A stretch of DNA of 64,000 nucleotides from an uncultured Chloroflexia bacterium (GTDB lineage Bacteria > Chloroflexota > Limnocylindria > Limnocylindrales > CSP1-4), in assembly GCA_963704145.1 (NCBI GenBank), contig CAVPHB010000001.1, forward strand, positions 91,212 through 155,211. Reading direction: 5' to 3'. This document shows, piece after piece, positions 51,330 to 64,000 of this stretch (positions within the stretch are counted from its first letter, which is position 1; each line of letters begins with the position of its first letter). Under the pieces are notes generated by a model, which saw nothing but the letters and a program-made list of their open reading frames with translations, was not told the origin of the DNA and did not search any database. The position numbers and the translations under genes were made by a program.

Positions 51330-53591
51330 ATGCACGACGACGGCCAAGCGTTCGCGGCCGATCATAACGGCCGCGACGCTGCTAACCTGCGCCGCGTGAG
51401 CGACATCGCTCCGCCGACCGCCGATCGTCCCGACACTCGCGGCCGGCGCCGGTGGCCCAACCTTTCGACGCGCTCGGGTCGCCAGCCATGGTGGCTCCTG
51501 CTCGGGCTGGTCGCCGGGCTGATCGCGCTCATTGCGCTCGTAGTGGCCAGCATCACCCTGCTTGCCGCCCCTCCCCAGCCATCCCAGGCGGTGCTCGAGC
51601 TGGCGCCTGCGGCCGACCTGGACCGGCGCTGGGGCTCCTATCTCTCGGAGCGTGAGTGGGGCACGCCGCGCGAGGCCGTGGGCGCCAACGGCTGGGGCCT
51701 CAGCTGGCGCGGCGCGATCGACACCGAGTACCGCTACAGCGACGACGGTATCGGCGGCATGACCGACGCGGGCAACGAGTTCCGGCTCAGCTGGGCATTC
51801 TGGGATGGCGCGGCCGCGCACGTCAGCGAGCGCTTCAACGGGCTGGCCAATCCGCAGGGGCCGGCGGGCGAGCAGATCACGGACAACCGGGTCTTGCGCG
51901 AGAACGGACCGACCCATGCCTACCAGCGCCTGACCTACCACTACCCGAGCGAGACCGCGTGGTTCTCGATCGATCTCGAGACGGCCAGGCGCAATTCATC
52001 GAGCATGACCATGGTCGCCACGGCGACCAACACGACCGCCGAAACACGCACCCTCGATATCGTCTTCAAGGCCCGGCTGGCACCCGGCGGCGAGGTTGAG
52101 CCGCTGACCAACGGACTGCTGCTGGGCGGCGGCGAGTCGGTCGTCGCCGTCGTCGGCCAGACGACGAGCGAGTGGCAGATCACGGCACACAAAGGCGCCC
52201 TCGACGAGAACCTGCGCAGTGACGGGCTGGCCGGCGACCTGGGCGGCCACATCGGCGCGCTGGCCTATCGGCTGGAGATTCCGGCCGGCGCCAAGAGCGT
52301 CATCCGCATCGGCGCCGCCGAGGTGCTGTCGGCCGACTCTGAGGAAGCCGTCGCCAGCGCCACGCGCGTGGCGAGCGAGGTGCTCGCCGCCAGCGACAGG
52401 ATCGTTGACGCACGGCGCCTGGAGGCCGCCGGACTCTTCGGCGGCGAAGTGACAGAGCATCAGGAGCTCTACCGCCAGGCGCTGATGAGCCTGATGTGGA
52501 ACGAGACCTACTACCGCTGGGACGGAGCTTCGGGCGTCAACCCGACGTGGGCGGGCCTGATCGACGCGCACGACGTCCTGATCATGCCCGACAAGTGGGA
52601 GTTCCCCTGGCCGGCCAGCTGGGATTCGGCGTTCCAGGCGGTGACGGCGTCGCTGGTCGACCCGGTCATCGCCCAGGATCAGCTGCGCTTCCTGTTGTCC
52701 GATCGCTGGCAGCAGCCGGACGGCCACATCCCGTGCGCCGAGTGGGTGATGAACAACGAGTGCCCGCCGATCTTCGCCTGGGCCGCCTGGCGGGTGTACG
52801 AGCGGAGCCACGACACGGCCTTCCTGCAGGAGATCTACCCCGGCCTGCAGCGCAACTACGACTACTGGTGGGCGAGCAACATGGTCAACGATGCGCTCTT
52901 CACGGGCGGCTTCCTGGGCATGGACAACCTGCCCCGCGGCCTGACCGGCGCGCCGCAGGCGGACGCCAGCGCATGGATGGCCCTCTTTGCCCGGGACATG
53001 GCGCGCATCGCCAGCGAGCTGGGTGACCCGCTCACGTCGGAGCGTTACTGGGTCGACCGCGGGCGGATCCAGGAGGCAATCAACGTCCACCTGTGGGACG
53101 AAGAGTCGGGCTTCTACTACGACCTGACGTCAAGTGGGGGCAGGCTGCTCAGCCAGAAGTCGTACAGCGGGCTGATCCCGCTCATCGCCGGCGTCGTCCC
53201 GCCCGAGCGCGTGCCGGCCATCCTCAGTGCGCTGCGCGACGAACGGCAATTCCTGTCGGTAGGCGGCGTCCGCAGCCTGTCCAAGTCCAGCCCGCTCTAC
53301 AAGCCCGCCCTTGGCGGGCGAGGAGTCAACTCGAACTGGCGCGGGCCGGTGTGGGTGCCGATCAACTACCTGCTGATCGAGGCGCTGACCGACATCGACC
53401 CCAGCCTGGCTGATGAGCTGCGCAGGCGCGTTGTAACCAACGTGGAGACCGACTGGCAGTCGACGTCCCGCCTGCACGAGTTCTACGACGGCGACACGGG
53501 CACAGGGTTGGGCGCCGATGCCCAGGCGGGCTGGACGGCGCTGGTGGCCAACCTGATCAGAGAGGGCTGGCCGGCCCCGGCTGGTCCCTGA
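51330..53591 (+). CDS. GH63-like (MGH1-like) glycoside hydrolase with an N-terminal TM anchor
   Basis: Intact 753-aa ORF. Its C-terminal (alpha/alpha)6-type region reads …WEFPWPASWDSAFQA…PPIFAWAAWRVY…GMDNLPRG…ADASAWMALFARDM…FYYDL…NWRGPVWVPINYLLIEAL…GADAQAGWTALVANL. The start could be a downstream GTG. Confidence 0.6.
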   Translation: MHDDGQAFAADHNGRDAANLRRVSDIAPPTADRPDTRGRRRWPNLSTRSGRQPWWLLLGLVAGLIALIALVVASITLLAAPPQPSQAVLELAPAADLDRRWGSYLSEREWGTPREAVGANGWGLSWRGAIDTEYRYSDDGIGGMTDAGNEFRLSWAFWDGAAAHVSERFNGLANPQGPAGEQITDNRVLRENGPTHAYQRLTYHYPSETAWFSIDLETARRNSSSMTMVATATNTTAETRTLDIVFKARLAPGGEVEPLTNGLLLGGGESVVAVVGQTTSEWQITAHKGALDENLRSDGLAGDLGGHIGALAYRLEIPAGAKSVIRIGAAEVLSADSEEAVASATRVASEVLAASDRIVDARRLEAAGLFGGEVTEHQELYRQALMSLMWNETYYRWDGASGVNPTWAGLIDAHDVLIMPDKWEFPWPASWDSAFQAVTASLVDPVIAQDQLRFLLSDRWQQPDGHIPCAEWVMNNECPPIFAWAAWRVYERSHDTAFLQEIYPGLQRNYDYWWASNMVNDALFTGGFLGMDNLPRGLTGAPQADASAWMALFARDMARIASELGDPLTSERYWVDRGRIQEAINVHLWDEESGFYYDLTSSGGRLLSQKSYSGLIPLIAGVVPPERVPAILSALRDERQFLSVGGVRSLSKSSPLYKPALGGRGVNSNWRGPVWVPINYLLIEALTDIDPSLADELRRRVVTNVETDWQSTSRLHEFYDGDTGTGLGADAQAGWTALVANLIREGWPAPAGP

Positions 53592-53600
53592 CCCGCAGCG

Positions 53601-54956
53601 TCAGGGGGTGCGAGCGACGACGCGGTAGATCCCGCCGTTGCCGTTGACGACATACAGCTCACCGGCCTCGTCCTCGCCGAACGAGGACGGGTTGAGCGAC
53701 GACGATCCGAGCTCGAACATCCGCGCGCGGCCGGTCTCAAGTGCCTCGTCGGCGTCAATGGCCCACAGCAGCCCGCTGCAATAGTCGGAGAAGACGTATG
53801 CGCCGTAGAGCGCCGGATACTGAGCACCGCGGTAGACGTAGCCGCCGGTCACCGAACAGTGGCCGGCGTGGTCGTATGAGACGACCGGCAGGGTCAGGCC
53901 GCCGCGGTCGCAGCCGCTTCGGAGAAAGCAGCGCTCAGCCTCCATGGTGTTCCAGCCGTAATTGCGGCCGCCCGCGCCGGCTGGCTCGACGTCGATCTCC
54001 TCGTGCAGATCCTGACCCACGTCGCCGATGAACAGCCCGCCGGTCAGCCGGTCGAACGAGAGGCGCCACGGGTTGCGCAGCCCCCAGTCCCAGATCTCGG
54101 GCCGGCCGCCGCCGTCGGCAAAGGGGTTGTCGGCCGGGATGGCGTACGGATCGCCCGAGTCGACGTCGATGCGCAGGATCTTGCCCAGCAGCGTGTCGAG
54201 CCGCTGGCCGTTGCCCAGCGGGTCATTGGCCGAGCCGCCGTCACCGGTGCTGATGTACAGGTAGTGATCGGGGCCGAAGGCGATCATGCCGCCGTTGTGG
54301 TTGCTGAACGGCTGGGTGATGCCCAACAGCACTCGCTCGGAGTCGGGGTTGCCCGTTCCATCTGCGCCTCGCGCGAACTCGGACACGACCGTGTCTCCCC
54401 GGCCGTTGGTGTAGTCGACGAAGAAGCTCCCGTTCGATGCATAGTCGGGATGGAAGGCCAGTCCGAGCAGGCCCTGCTCGCCGCCGGACTTGATCCGCGC
54501 GCTGATGTCGAGGAACGGCGACGGCGCGACGTTGCCCTGGGTGTCCAGCGTCCAGACCACGCCGCGCTGCTCGACCGCGTAGAGCAGGCCCGAACCGTCA
54601 CCCGCGTTGGTGACCAGCGTCATGGGCCTGAAATCGGTCGCCAGCGGCTCGACGGTCAGGCGCACCGCAGAAGGATCGAATTCGCCGCCGGGAGGCGGGC
54701 TGACCGAGGCAGGGGGCGTACCTGTGGCAGACGCTGAAGGAGTTGGTGCGACGCTCGGCCCGACGGTCGGGGTGGCGGGCGGCGATATCTGGCTGGGCTG
54801 CGGGCTGGCGCTGGACGGGAAGGTCGGTGTCCGTTGTGGGCTCGGGGAGGATGCTGGGTCGAGCGGGCTGGAGGTCGGCAGGCGAGCGGTGGCACAGCCG
54901 GCAAGCACCAGGCAGAGCACCCCCGCAGCCGCTAGTCGCAAACGAGTGCCGCGCAC
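53601..54956 (-). CDS. PQQ-dependent sugar dehydrogenase-family lipoprotein (paralog of 29099..30271)
   Basis: Intact 451-aa ORF with lipobox LVLAGC and a Pro/Ser/Thr-rich linker. It reads GLLGLAFHPDYASNGSFFVDYT, NHNGGMIAF…LYISTGDGG and RNPWRLSFD. Confidence 0.8.
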   Translation of the reverse strand: MRGTRLRLAAAGVLCLVLAGCATARLPTSSPLDPASSPSPQRTPTFPSSASPQPSQISPPATPTVGPSVAPTPSASATGTPPASVSPPPGGEFDPSAVRLTVEPLATDFRPMTLVTNAGDGSGLLYAVEQRGVVWTLDTQGNVAPSPFLDISARIKSGGEQGLLGLAFHPDYASNGSFFVDYTNGRGDTVVSEFARGADGTGNPDSERVLLGITQPFSNHNGGMIAFGPDHYLYISTGDGGSANDPLGNGQRLDTLLGKILRIDVDSGDPYAIPADNPFADGGGRPEIWDWGLRNPWRLSFDRLTGGLFIGDVGQDLHEEIDVEPAGAGGRNYGWNTMEAERCFLRSGCDRGGLTLPVVSYDHAGHCSVTGGYVYRGAQYPALYGAYVFSDYCSGLLWAIDADEALETGRARMFELGSSSLNPSSFGEDEAGELYVVNGNGGIYRVVARTP

Positions 54957-55024
54957 AGTGTGATGGTGACGCAGTCGGCTGATCCGCGCTCCACCGACGG
55001 CGATCCGCCGGATCGGCTGGCCAG

Positions 55025-55363
55025 TCAGGGTGCCGCGTCCGAGTACGCAATTGCGACGAGCGTGTCCTGGTCGGGGTAGTAGAAAACGCGGACTGGCTCA
55101 CCGCTCACGAGGTGTTCACGCAGATGCGCTGCCGGCAAGTCGCCGCCGCCCACGTGGAGTGTCCCAACTCTGAAGCGCAGGGACTTGCCGTCTGGAGTGC
55201 GCAGCGTGAACTCGTCCACGTGGGCAAGATCCGGCCCATCGACGGCAGTCACGACGCCGATGGCCTCGAGCGGTGGGCAGCTTGAGTTGTCGGCGCACAC
55301 TTGACAAGCTGCGCCAAACGACGCCAAGACGACGGCGAGCAGGGCCCAGCGGGCAAGGCGCAT
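55025..55363 (-). CDS. Small hypothetical secreted protein (112 aa)
   Basis: ATG 55363 ([20 protein letters not shown]…) lies in the tail of ORF 55025..57100, 15 nt downstream of the aceE stop. No family recognised. Confidence 0.45.
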   Translation of the reverse strand: MRLARWALLAVVLASFGAACQVCADNSSCPPLEAIGVVTAVDGPDLAHVDEFTLRTPDGKSLRFRVGTLHVGGGDLPAAHLREHLVSGEPVRVFYYPDQDTLVAIAYSDAAP

Positions 55364-55377
55364 GGGCGGAGCCGGCG

Positions 55378-58120
<2,743 letters not shown>

Positions 58121-58202
58121 GTGCGGCCCATCTTACGGGCGCCCGCCGGCACTGTCGTCAGACGCATCGGTTTGGCCTTTGAGGCGGCCGTATGCTTCAG
58201 GT

Positions 58203-59123
58203 GTGCCAGCGACCCCAAAGCGAAACCCGGCCAAGCCCGATCAGCGGCCCGCCGGCGGCAACGACGTTTCCGCGCACCCCGCTCCGTCGACGGGCATTGC
58301 CCTGGGCATCGACGTCGGCGGAACCGGCGTCAAGGCAGCGCTGGTCGAGGTGGCCACGGGCACCATCGTGTCGCGCCGGGTTCGCGTCAATACGCCAAAG
58401 CCGGCCGCCCCTGAGCCGGTCGCGGCGACAATCCGGCACGTCGTCGACATGATCGCCACCGAGCGTCGAGATTCCCGCGGGCATCCCGGTCGGCTGCGGG
58501 CTGCCGTCGGCGATCAAGGCGGGCCAGGTCATGACCGCGGCCAACATCGACAAGCACTGGGTCCGTCTCTCGGCCGACGAGGTGATCGGCGCGGCCCTGG
58601 GTCGGCGCGTCGTCGCGCTCAACGACGCGGATGCTGCAGGGCTGGCCGAGATCCGCTTCGGCGCCGGCCGCGACTGCAATGGGACGGTCCTCGTGCTGAC
58701 CGTCGGCACGGGCATCGGCAGCGCCCTCTTCGTCGACGGTCGGCTGGTGCCGAACACTGAACTGGGCCACCTCGAAGTATCTGGACGCGACGCCGAGACA
58801 CGCATCATCCGGCGTGGCGCGCGATCGGCGCCGCCTGCGCTGGCGGTCGTGGGCGACGGAGTTCAACGTGTACCTGGCACGGCTCGAGGTCTACTTCTGG
58901 CCCGACCTGATCATCCTCGGCGGCGGCGTGAGCAAGGTCATCGAACAAGTACCGACAGATCCTGCGCGAGCCGCGCGCCGATCGTCGCCGGCACAGTACC
59001 TGAACACGCGGGCATCATCGGCGCGGCGATGTACGCGGCCGAGACGTACGCGGCCGAGCTGGCGCGACGGGTGAAACGACCGCCGTCGACAGCTGGCGCT
59101 CGGTCGCGGGCGGACCGCCGTGA
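58203..59123 (+). pseudogene. ppgK: Polyphosphate/ATP glucokinase (ROK family), at least 4 frame switches; ends approximate
   Basis: GIALGIDVGGTGVKAALVE is in the frame of ORF 57960..58760. NIDKHW…VVALNDADAAGLAE…VLVLTVGTGIGSALFVDGRLVPNTELGH is in 58531..59256. WATEFNVYLARLEVYFWPDLIILGGGVSK is in 58814..59074. Confidence 0.7.
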
Positions 59124-60019
59124 GCGCTGCAGGTCCACCTACTCGACGCGACCTACGAGCTGTTCCGCGCCCACTTCGCGCCGCGCCCGCAGCGACTCGA
59201 CGCGCGCGGGCAACCCGGCCAACGCAACGATCGGGCTGATCGAAAGCACGCTCTAGCTGCTGCGCGACGATGGCGTGACTCATCTGGGTTGCGCGGCCGA
59301 CCACGTCATCCGATCGTGGCGCAACGAGCGCTGGCCGGGCTACAAGACCGACGTCGGCGTGGACCGCGCGAGCTGCTGCGCCAGTTCGCCCAGGCCGAGG
59401 ACGCGCTGCGCGCGCTGGGCGTGGTCGTCTGGCCGCTGGTCGAGTGGGAGGCCGATGACGGGCTGGGCACCGGCGCGCTGCGCTGGGCCGATCACGCCAG
59501 GTGTCGAGCGGGTCGTCATCATGACGCCCGACAAGGACATGGCCCAGTGCGTGCGCGAGGACGGCCGGGTGGTCATGTACGACCGGCGCAAGCGCGCCTT
59601 CGTCGATGCCGACGGGGTGCGCGCGCAAGTTCGGCGTCTCGCCGCGAGTCGATCCCCGACTTCCTCGCGCTGGTGGGCGATTCGGCCGACGGCTACCCGG
59701 GCGTGCCCGGCTGGGGCAAGGTGTCGGCCGGCGCGGTGCTGACGCGTTACGGGCACCTGGAGGACATCCCCGAGCGTGTTGCGCACTGGGATGTGCACGT
59801 GCGCGGCGCGCGCGGCTTTGGCGGCGTCGTCTGCGCGAGCATCGCGAGCTGGCGTTCCTCTTCCGCGAGCTGGCGACGCTGGTCGACCGATGTCCCGCTG
59901 GTCACCGAGTCGCTCGACGATCTGCGCTGGCGCGGCGCCCACCGCGCGGCCTTCGAGGCGCTCGCCGAGCGGCTGGCCGCGCCCGATCTGATCGCCGCGT
60001 CCCGCGCTGGGCCGACTAG
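59120..60019 (+). pseudogene. 5'-3' exonuclease (FEN / Pol I N-terminal-domain-like), at least 5 frame switches; ends approximate
   Basis: VHLLDATYELFRAHFA…, …DGVTHLGCAADHVIRSWRNERWPGYK…, …VWPLVEWEADDGLGT…, …VVIMTPDKDMAQCV… and …IPDFLALVGDSADGYPGVPGWGKVSAGAVLTRYGHLEDI (H3TH motif) are distributed over all three plus frames. Confidence 0.65.
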
Positions 60020-60029
60020 CGCAGTGGCA

Positions 60030-60854
60030 ATGCCACGGGATGTGACTACCGCCAACGGCGTGCTTCGTGGCTTGGCGAGGTCCGGACTCTGGATCGCCGT
60101 TCCGTGGTTCCTCGCGCTCGTTGCACAGGCAAACTCGGCGCTCGTATTCGGTTGGGCCGGCGCGGGTGGCTTCCTTGTGATGACTCTGCTGTGGGTCGTC
60201 GCCGTGGGCTCGAGCGTCGTCGCGGCGGGGGCATTCCTGGCAACGCATCCTGATATCGGGCATTGGTTTCTCTTGGTGTGTTTCGCTTGGTCGGCCCTCC
60301 TCATTGTCAATCTGTTGAGGCTCCCGATAGCCGGAGTGATCTGGATCTTCTATCTCGGCGTGTTGACCGTCGGCTGGATCTCCGCCATCTTGGTGTCGCT
60401 GATCGCGTTTCGCGCCGCCTACGTGCTCCCATCGGCCAAGCTCGCGCTGGCAATCGTTGTTCTCGGCGCGGTGGGGACGATCTTCGCCATGACCGCGCCC
60501 TGGAATGACGCGTATGCGATCCTCGTGTACCGCGTCCACGAGGCGGGCTATGGACAACTCGCCACGGATGCCCGCCGAGGCGCGCTTGCCGGCGATCTAG
60601 CTGACGACAGAGCAGCGGTCCTTCCCGCTGGCCTTTCGGACCTCAGCACCAGTGGACGACTCCTGGTTGCCGGCGCCTGCGGGGGCGAGCCAGTGCTGTT
60701 TGCGCCCATCTACTTCGGCATTCCAGACGGCGCCGTCGGCTACATCAACTCGTCCTGCTCACAAGAGGAGTTGAACCGCTCCTATCTCGACGGCGAAGGC
60801 GACGACTTGTACCCACGCATTTACCTCGGTACTGGCTGGTGGTGGGCGTACTAA
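60030..60854 (+). CDS. Hypothetical polytopic membrane protein (274 aa) with a C-terminal soluble domain
   Basis: ATG 60030 lies inside ORF 59289..60854. It has six hydrophobic helices followed by …LLVAGACGGEPVLFAPIYFGIPDGAVGYINSSCSQ…. No family recognised. Confidence 0.5.
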   Translation: MPRDVTTANGVLRGLARSGLWIAVPWFLALVAQANSALVFGWAGAGGFLVMTLLWVVAVGSSVVAAGAFLATHPDIGHWFLLVCFAWSALLIVNLLRLPIAGVIWIFYLGVLTVGWISAILVSLIAFRAAYVLPSAKLALAIVVLGAVGTIFAMTAPWNDAYAILVYRVHEAGYGQLATDARRGALAGDLADDRAAVLPAGLSDLSTSGRLLVAGACGGEPVLFAPIYFGIPDGAVGYINSSCSQEELNRSYLDGEGDDLYPRIYLGTGWWWAY

Positions 60855-61090
60855 GGTCGAGCGACTGAGTTGGTCAGTTTCTGCTCCTCGCCGCGCCGCT
60901 CCTTCTTCCTGTGTGAAATGTCGACGACGCTGACACACCCGGCACAGGAGAGGCGTTAGCAGTCGCTCGCACTACGTACCGGAGCGTGGCCGAGCACAAA
61001 CCGAGGTGTATTCGGCCGGCTTAAGCCCCTCGTTAGTCGAGTTATGTCAGCCTGATCGACATCTGGGTAATCAAGCTTCGCGGGGGCGTA

Positions 61091-61981
61091 CTATCCCGAC
61101 CGGAAGTCGGCGAGCAGGAAGCGCAGCGCGTCGGGCAGGCGGTGCGACCACGCAGCCCTCGTTGTGAGCGCGTAGCGCTCCTCGACGTAGTGCAGGTCGC
61201 GGCCCTCGCGCCGAGCCGCGCGCGATGCAGCGCGTCGCGCACCCGCCGCGCGTCGGCGGTCTGCCGCGCCACTCGCGGCCGCCCATGTCGAGATGGATGC
61301 GCGTCGGCGGCAGGGGCGACTCCTCGATCAGGCGCACGACGGCGGTAGTCATTCAGAGCCACAGATGGGCTCATCACCCCGGCCAGGCCGAACACTGCAC
61401 GCTGGGCGAAGAGCGCGTAGAGCGCTGATCAGGCCGCCCATCGATGAGCCGATGATGCCGGTCGCTTCACGCTCGGCGCGCGTCGGAAAGGAACGGTCGA
61501 TCAGCGGCTTGACCGCGCCGACGAGCCAGTCGAGGTAGGCGTCGCCCTTGCCGCCCATGATGCGCCGGCACGGCCGCGCCAGGTGAGTCGTGCTGCGCCA
61601 CGGGTTGTACTCGTTCATGCGTCGTCGCCGCGTTGGGCGACGGCGACCGCTATCGCCTCGCAGCCCTCCTGCGCCAGCTGCTCGAGCGCCTCGTCGGCGT
61701 CCCACTCGACGCCGGAGAACGAGGTGCCTCCGTCGAACACGTTCTGGCCGTCGTGGAAATAGAGCACGGGTAGCGCCGACCGTCGGTCCGCGCGCTCCCG
61801 GGCCATCGCGTTGGCCGAGCGACGGCGGCAGGTAGACGACGATCTCGCGCGCGCCGCCCAGCTCGGGGCTCCCTCGAGCTTCGGGCCACACCAGGACGGT
61901 GCCCGCTGACGGTGTTGTCCGACCCGTGGACGTCGGCGTATGGCTTCCACCCGCCGGCCAATGGGTCACTCGGCGGCTCAC
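61091..61981 (-). pseudogene. Esterase-family alpha/beta hydrolase (putative esterase, PF00756-like), at least 4 frame switches
   Basis: …REIVVYLPPS… and …GIIGSSMGGLISA… are in ORF 61349..62089. VLYFHDGQNVFDG…WDADEALEQL is in 61615..61950. The tail …LHYVEERYALTT…LPDALRFLLADFRSG* ends at TAG 61091-61093. The GTG at 61981 overlaps the upstream stop (GTGA). Confidence 0.6.
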
Positions 61982-62472
61982 GATCCGTGATGGCATGCCG
62001 TGTCGGCGCAGCTCCTCGGCCAGGTCGAGCGGCGCGACGATCGCTCGGTTCTCCATGTCTGCCCACTGCTCGCGCGGCACACGCCACATGATCTCGAACT
62101 CGTTGCCGTCCGGGTCCGCGGCCGTAGAGCGACTTGGTCACGCCGTGGTCGCTCGCGCCACCCAGCGCGCCCGCCTGCCTGGAGGACCTCCGCGGCGCGA
62201 CGCCAGGTCCTCGATGCGCGGCACCTCCCAGGCGAGGTGGTACAGGCCGGTCGAGCCGCGCGGCGGGCGTGGGCGCGCCTGAGCCAACGGCATCAGGCCC
62301 CAGGTCGTGATGGTTGGTCGAGCCCGCCGCGCGCAGGAAAGCAGTGAAGTTGCGGATGCGATCGACGATCTCCGAAGCCGAAGACGCCCGGTAGAAGTCA
62401 ACCGACGACGATCAAGGTCGCGCACGTAGAGCACGGCGTGGTTGAGGCCGCGCAACGGGGATTGGCAGTCAT
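61978..62472 (-). pseudogene. VOC-family (glyoxalase / extradiol dioxygenase-like) protein, at least 3 frame switches
   Basis: The ATG at 62472 overlaps the IMPase stop (ATGA). LRGLNHAVLYVRDLDRS…, …GLYHLAWEVPRIEDL… and …FEIMWRVPREQWADMENRAIVAPLDL… are in different frames. Confidence 0.55.
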
Positions 62473-63286
62473 GCGAGCAGCTCCAAGAGCGCCTGGTGGT
62501 GGAGCGGCGCCGCGCCGAGCAGGCCGATCGATCTGGCTCGGCGCCGGAGATATCGAACCACGGCCCGCCTTCGAGCGTCGTCAGCCGCGCCCCGCCCTCG
62601 ACCGCGATCAACCCCGGCAGCGCAGATATCCCACAGCGACAGTGCCGCCGGACTGGACGAAGCGCGTCGAAGCGACCGTTGGCCAAGATAGGCGAGGCCA
62701 GCGCGGCACTGCCCATCGAACGCGAGACGCGGATGCTGCGCCGGATCGCGATGCTCGCGCTTCGCCCAGCCGCGGCGCGGTAGGGACGAGCGAGACGACG
62801 CAGTCGGACCAGCCGGTCTTTGGCCGGATGCTGGATGGGTTTGCCGTCGAGCCGCGCCCCTCGGCCGGCCATGCGCGGTGAACATCTCGTCGCGCACCGG
62901 GTCGTAGATCACGCCCAGGACGGACGGCCATTGACGGCCAGGCCAATCGCGACGCAGAAGACGGGGATGCCGTTGGCGTAGTTGACCGTGCCGTCGAGCG
63001 GATCGATGATCCACACTCGCTGCCGGTCATCGGCCGCCGACAACGCATCGACCGACCCGGCCGACCGTGCGACGGCCTCGATCTTGCGCCTCCTCGGCCA
63101 GGAACGCGTCGTGCGGGAAGGCACCGCGCAGGGCACCGATGATGAGCTGCTCGGACAGCCCGTCGACCTCGGTGACGACGTCGTGCTCGGCCTTGTGGAC
63201 GATCCGCTCGAGCCGCTCGTAGCGCTCCATCTGCAGCCGGCCGGCGCGCCGGGCAGCCTCGATCGCGACCGCCAGCTCATGGTCAT
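62469..63286 (-). pseudogene. Inositol monophosphatase (IMPase/SuhB) family protein, at least 5 frame switches
   Basis: ELAVAIEAARRAG…HDVVTEVDGLSEQLIIGALRGAFPHDAFLAEE is in ORF 63027..63374. VWIIDPLDGTVNYANGIPVFCVAIGL is in 62909..63430. GVIYDPVRDEMFTA and WDICAAG are in 62469..63014. LIAVEGGARLTTLEGGPW is in 62138..62872. Confidence 0.7.
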
Positions 63287-63377
63287 GGCGCGCCGCTGAA
63301 CGGCTGCCGGGGGCGGGAAACGATCTACGCCACAGGCCGATTGTAGGATTGCCGCCCGATGACAGCCCAGGCACGCC

Positions 63378-64000
63378 ATGACGCCCGCCAAGACCTGGAC
63401 GCTCGTCGCTGCCGTCCTCGGCTCGAGCATCGTCTTTCTCGACTCGGCCGTGCTGACCGTCGCGCTGCCGGCGATCGGACGTGAGCCGCGCCTGTTTGTC
63501 GACGTGCTCGAGGGCCAGAACTACATCCAGTACGGCTACCTGCTGACGCTCAGCGCGCTGCTCGTGCTGGCCGGCGCGCTGTCCGACTTCTACGGCCGGC
63601 GGCGGCTGTTCGTCATCGGCCTGATCGGCTTCGGCATCACGTCCGTCCTGTGCGCCGTGGCGCCCAACCTTGAAGTGCTGATCGTCGCGCGCCTCTTCCA
63701 GGGCGCGGCCGGGGCGTTCTGGTGCCCGGGTCGCTGGCCATCCTGACCAACGCCTTTGAAGGCGTTGGCAGGGTCGGGCATTCGGGGTATGGGCGGCCGC
63801 AACCGCAGGCGCGGTGGTCCTCGGTCCGTTGGTCGGCGGGCTGCTCGTCGATGACGTTGAGCTGGCGTTGGATCTTCCTGATCAACGTGCCCTTCGTCGT
63901 GGTTGCTGCCTGGGCCGCACAACGGTACGTCGTTGAGAGCCACGATGACAGTGCCGCGGGCAACTTTGACTGGCTCGGTGCCTTCCTCGTCGCCCTCGCC
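63378..64000 (+). pseudogene. MFS transporter (DHA2/EmrB-like), 3'-truncated by the window edge and with at least 2 frame switches
   Basis: ORF 63378..63746 reads MTPAKTWTLVAAVLGSSIVFLDSAVLTVALPAIG…LSDFYGRRRLFVIGLIGFGITSVLCAVAP…ARLFQGAAGA. It continues as …LAILTNAF… and …WRWIFLINVPFVVVA… in other frames. Confidence 0.65.

Noticed and set aside
60855-61090. Less GC-rich, hairpin-rich 236-bp spacer between convergent genes (for example GGCCGA…TCGGCC, GTCGA…TCGAC, CCTGTG…CACAGG); possible sRNA
   Set aside because: There are only short (5-6 bp) stems and no match I could recognise to a known RNA family. It is most simply explained as terminator or 3' UTR sequence. It is worth including in an Rfam scan but I cannot support it as a feature.

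Overview
This is a visibly GC-rich bacterial chromosomal segment. The gene content (GlgE/TreS-maltokinase alpha-glucan pathway, MMPL transporter, polyphosphate glucokinase, DUF3090/SCO1664 pair) suggests an actinobacterial or Chloroflexi-like lineage, but that is inference only. I can support about 60 protein-coding loci, two tRNA-Gln(CUG) genes flanking glnS, and a third tRNA 3' remnant. I also see several short palindromic or tandem DNA motifs in promoter regions and two in-frame coding tandem repeats. I saw no rRNA, CRISPR array, transposase, integrase, prophage or recognisable defence genes.

Gene content by region:
- 1-12.7 kb: glnS, an iodotyrosine-deiodinase-like flavoprotein, tdk, a large HEXXH lipoprotein, an extended GreA, cbiMNQO and a divergent Fur-family regulator.
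- 12.7-18.6 kb: an ABC-2 exporter operon with a NEW3-type exported protein, then pepA.
- 18.7-29 kb: DUF3090/SCO1664, then an alpha-amylase-like gene, glgE and treS-mak.
- 29-36 kb: two PQQ-type sugar dehydrogenase paralogs (the second at 53.6 kb), an M15 peptidase, a sulfite-oxidase-family Mo enzyme and an amino-acid ABC transporter.
- 36-40 kb: tetR-paaABCD.
- 40-64 kb: MFS and MMPL transporters, methyltransferases, a proline-racemase-family enzyme, an ECF sigma operon, a GH63-like hydrolase, aceE, ppgK, a 5'-3' exonuclease, an esterase, a VOC protein and an IMPase.

The dominant oddity is a block-wise mosaic. Some stretches have every gene intact. In others nearly every conserved gene is split by multiple single-nucleotide frame switches. 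I think assembly indel error is more likely than gene decay, but I cannot prove it from the sequence.

The candidates I consider most novel are:
1. An ECF sigma factor translationally coupled to a protein combining an O6-alkylguanine transferase domain with a C-terminal Ada-type Cys4 zinc domain.
2. A GreA transcript-cleavage factor carrying a roughly 260-aa N-terminal GIY-YIG-like extension.
3. A tRNA-Gln / glnS / tRNA-Gln cassette.
4. A cbiQ whose conserved N-terminus has no canonical start codon after the in-frame stop of cbiN.

Coordinates of frameshifted genes and alternative starts are approximate (a few nt to tens of nt).
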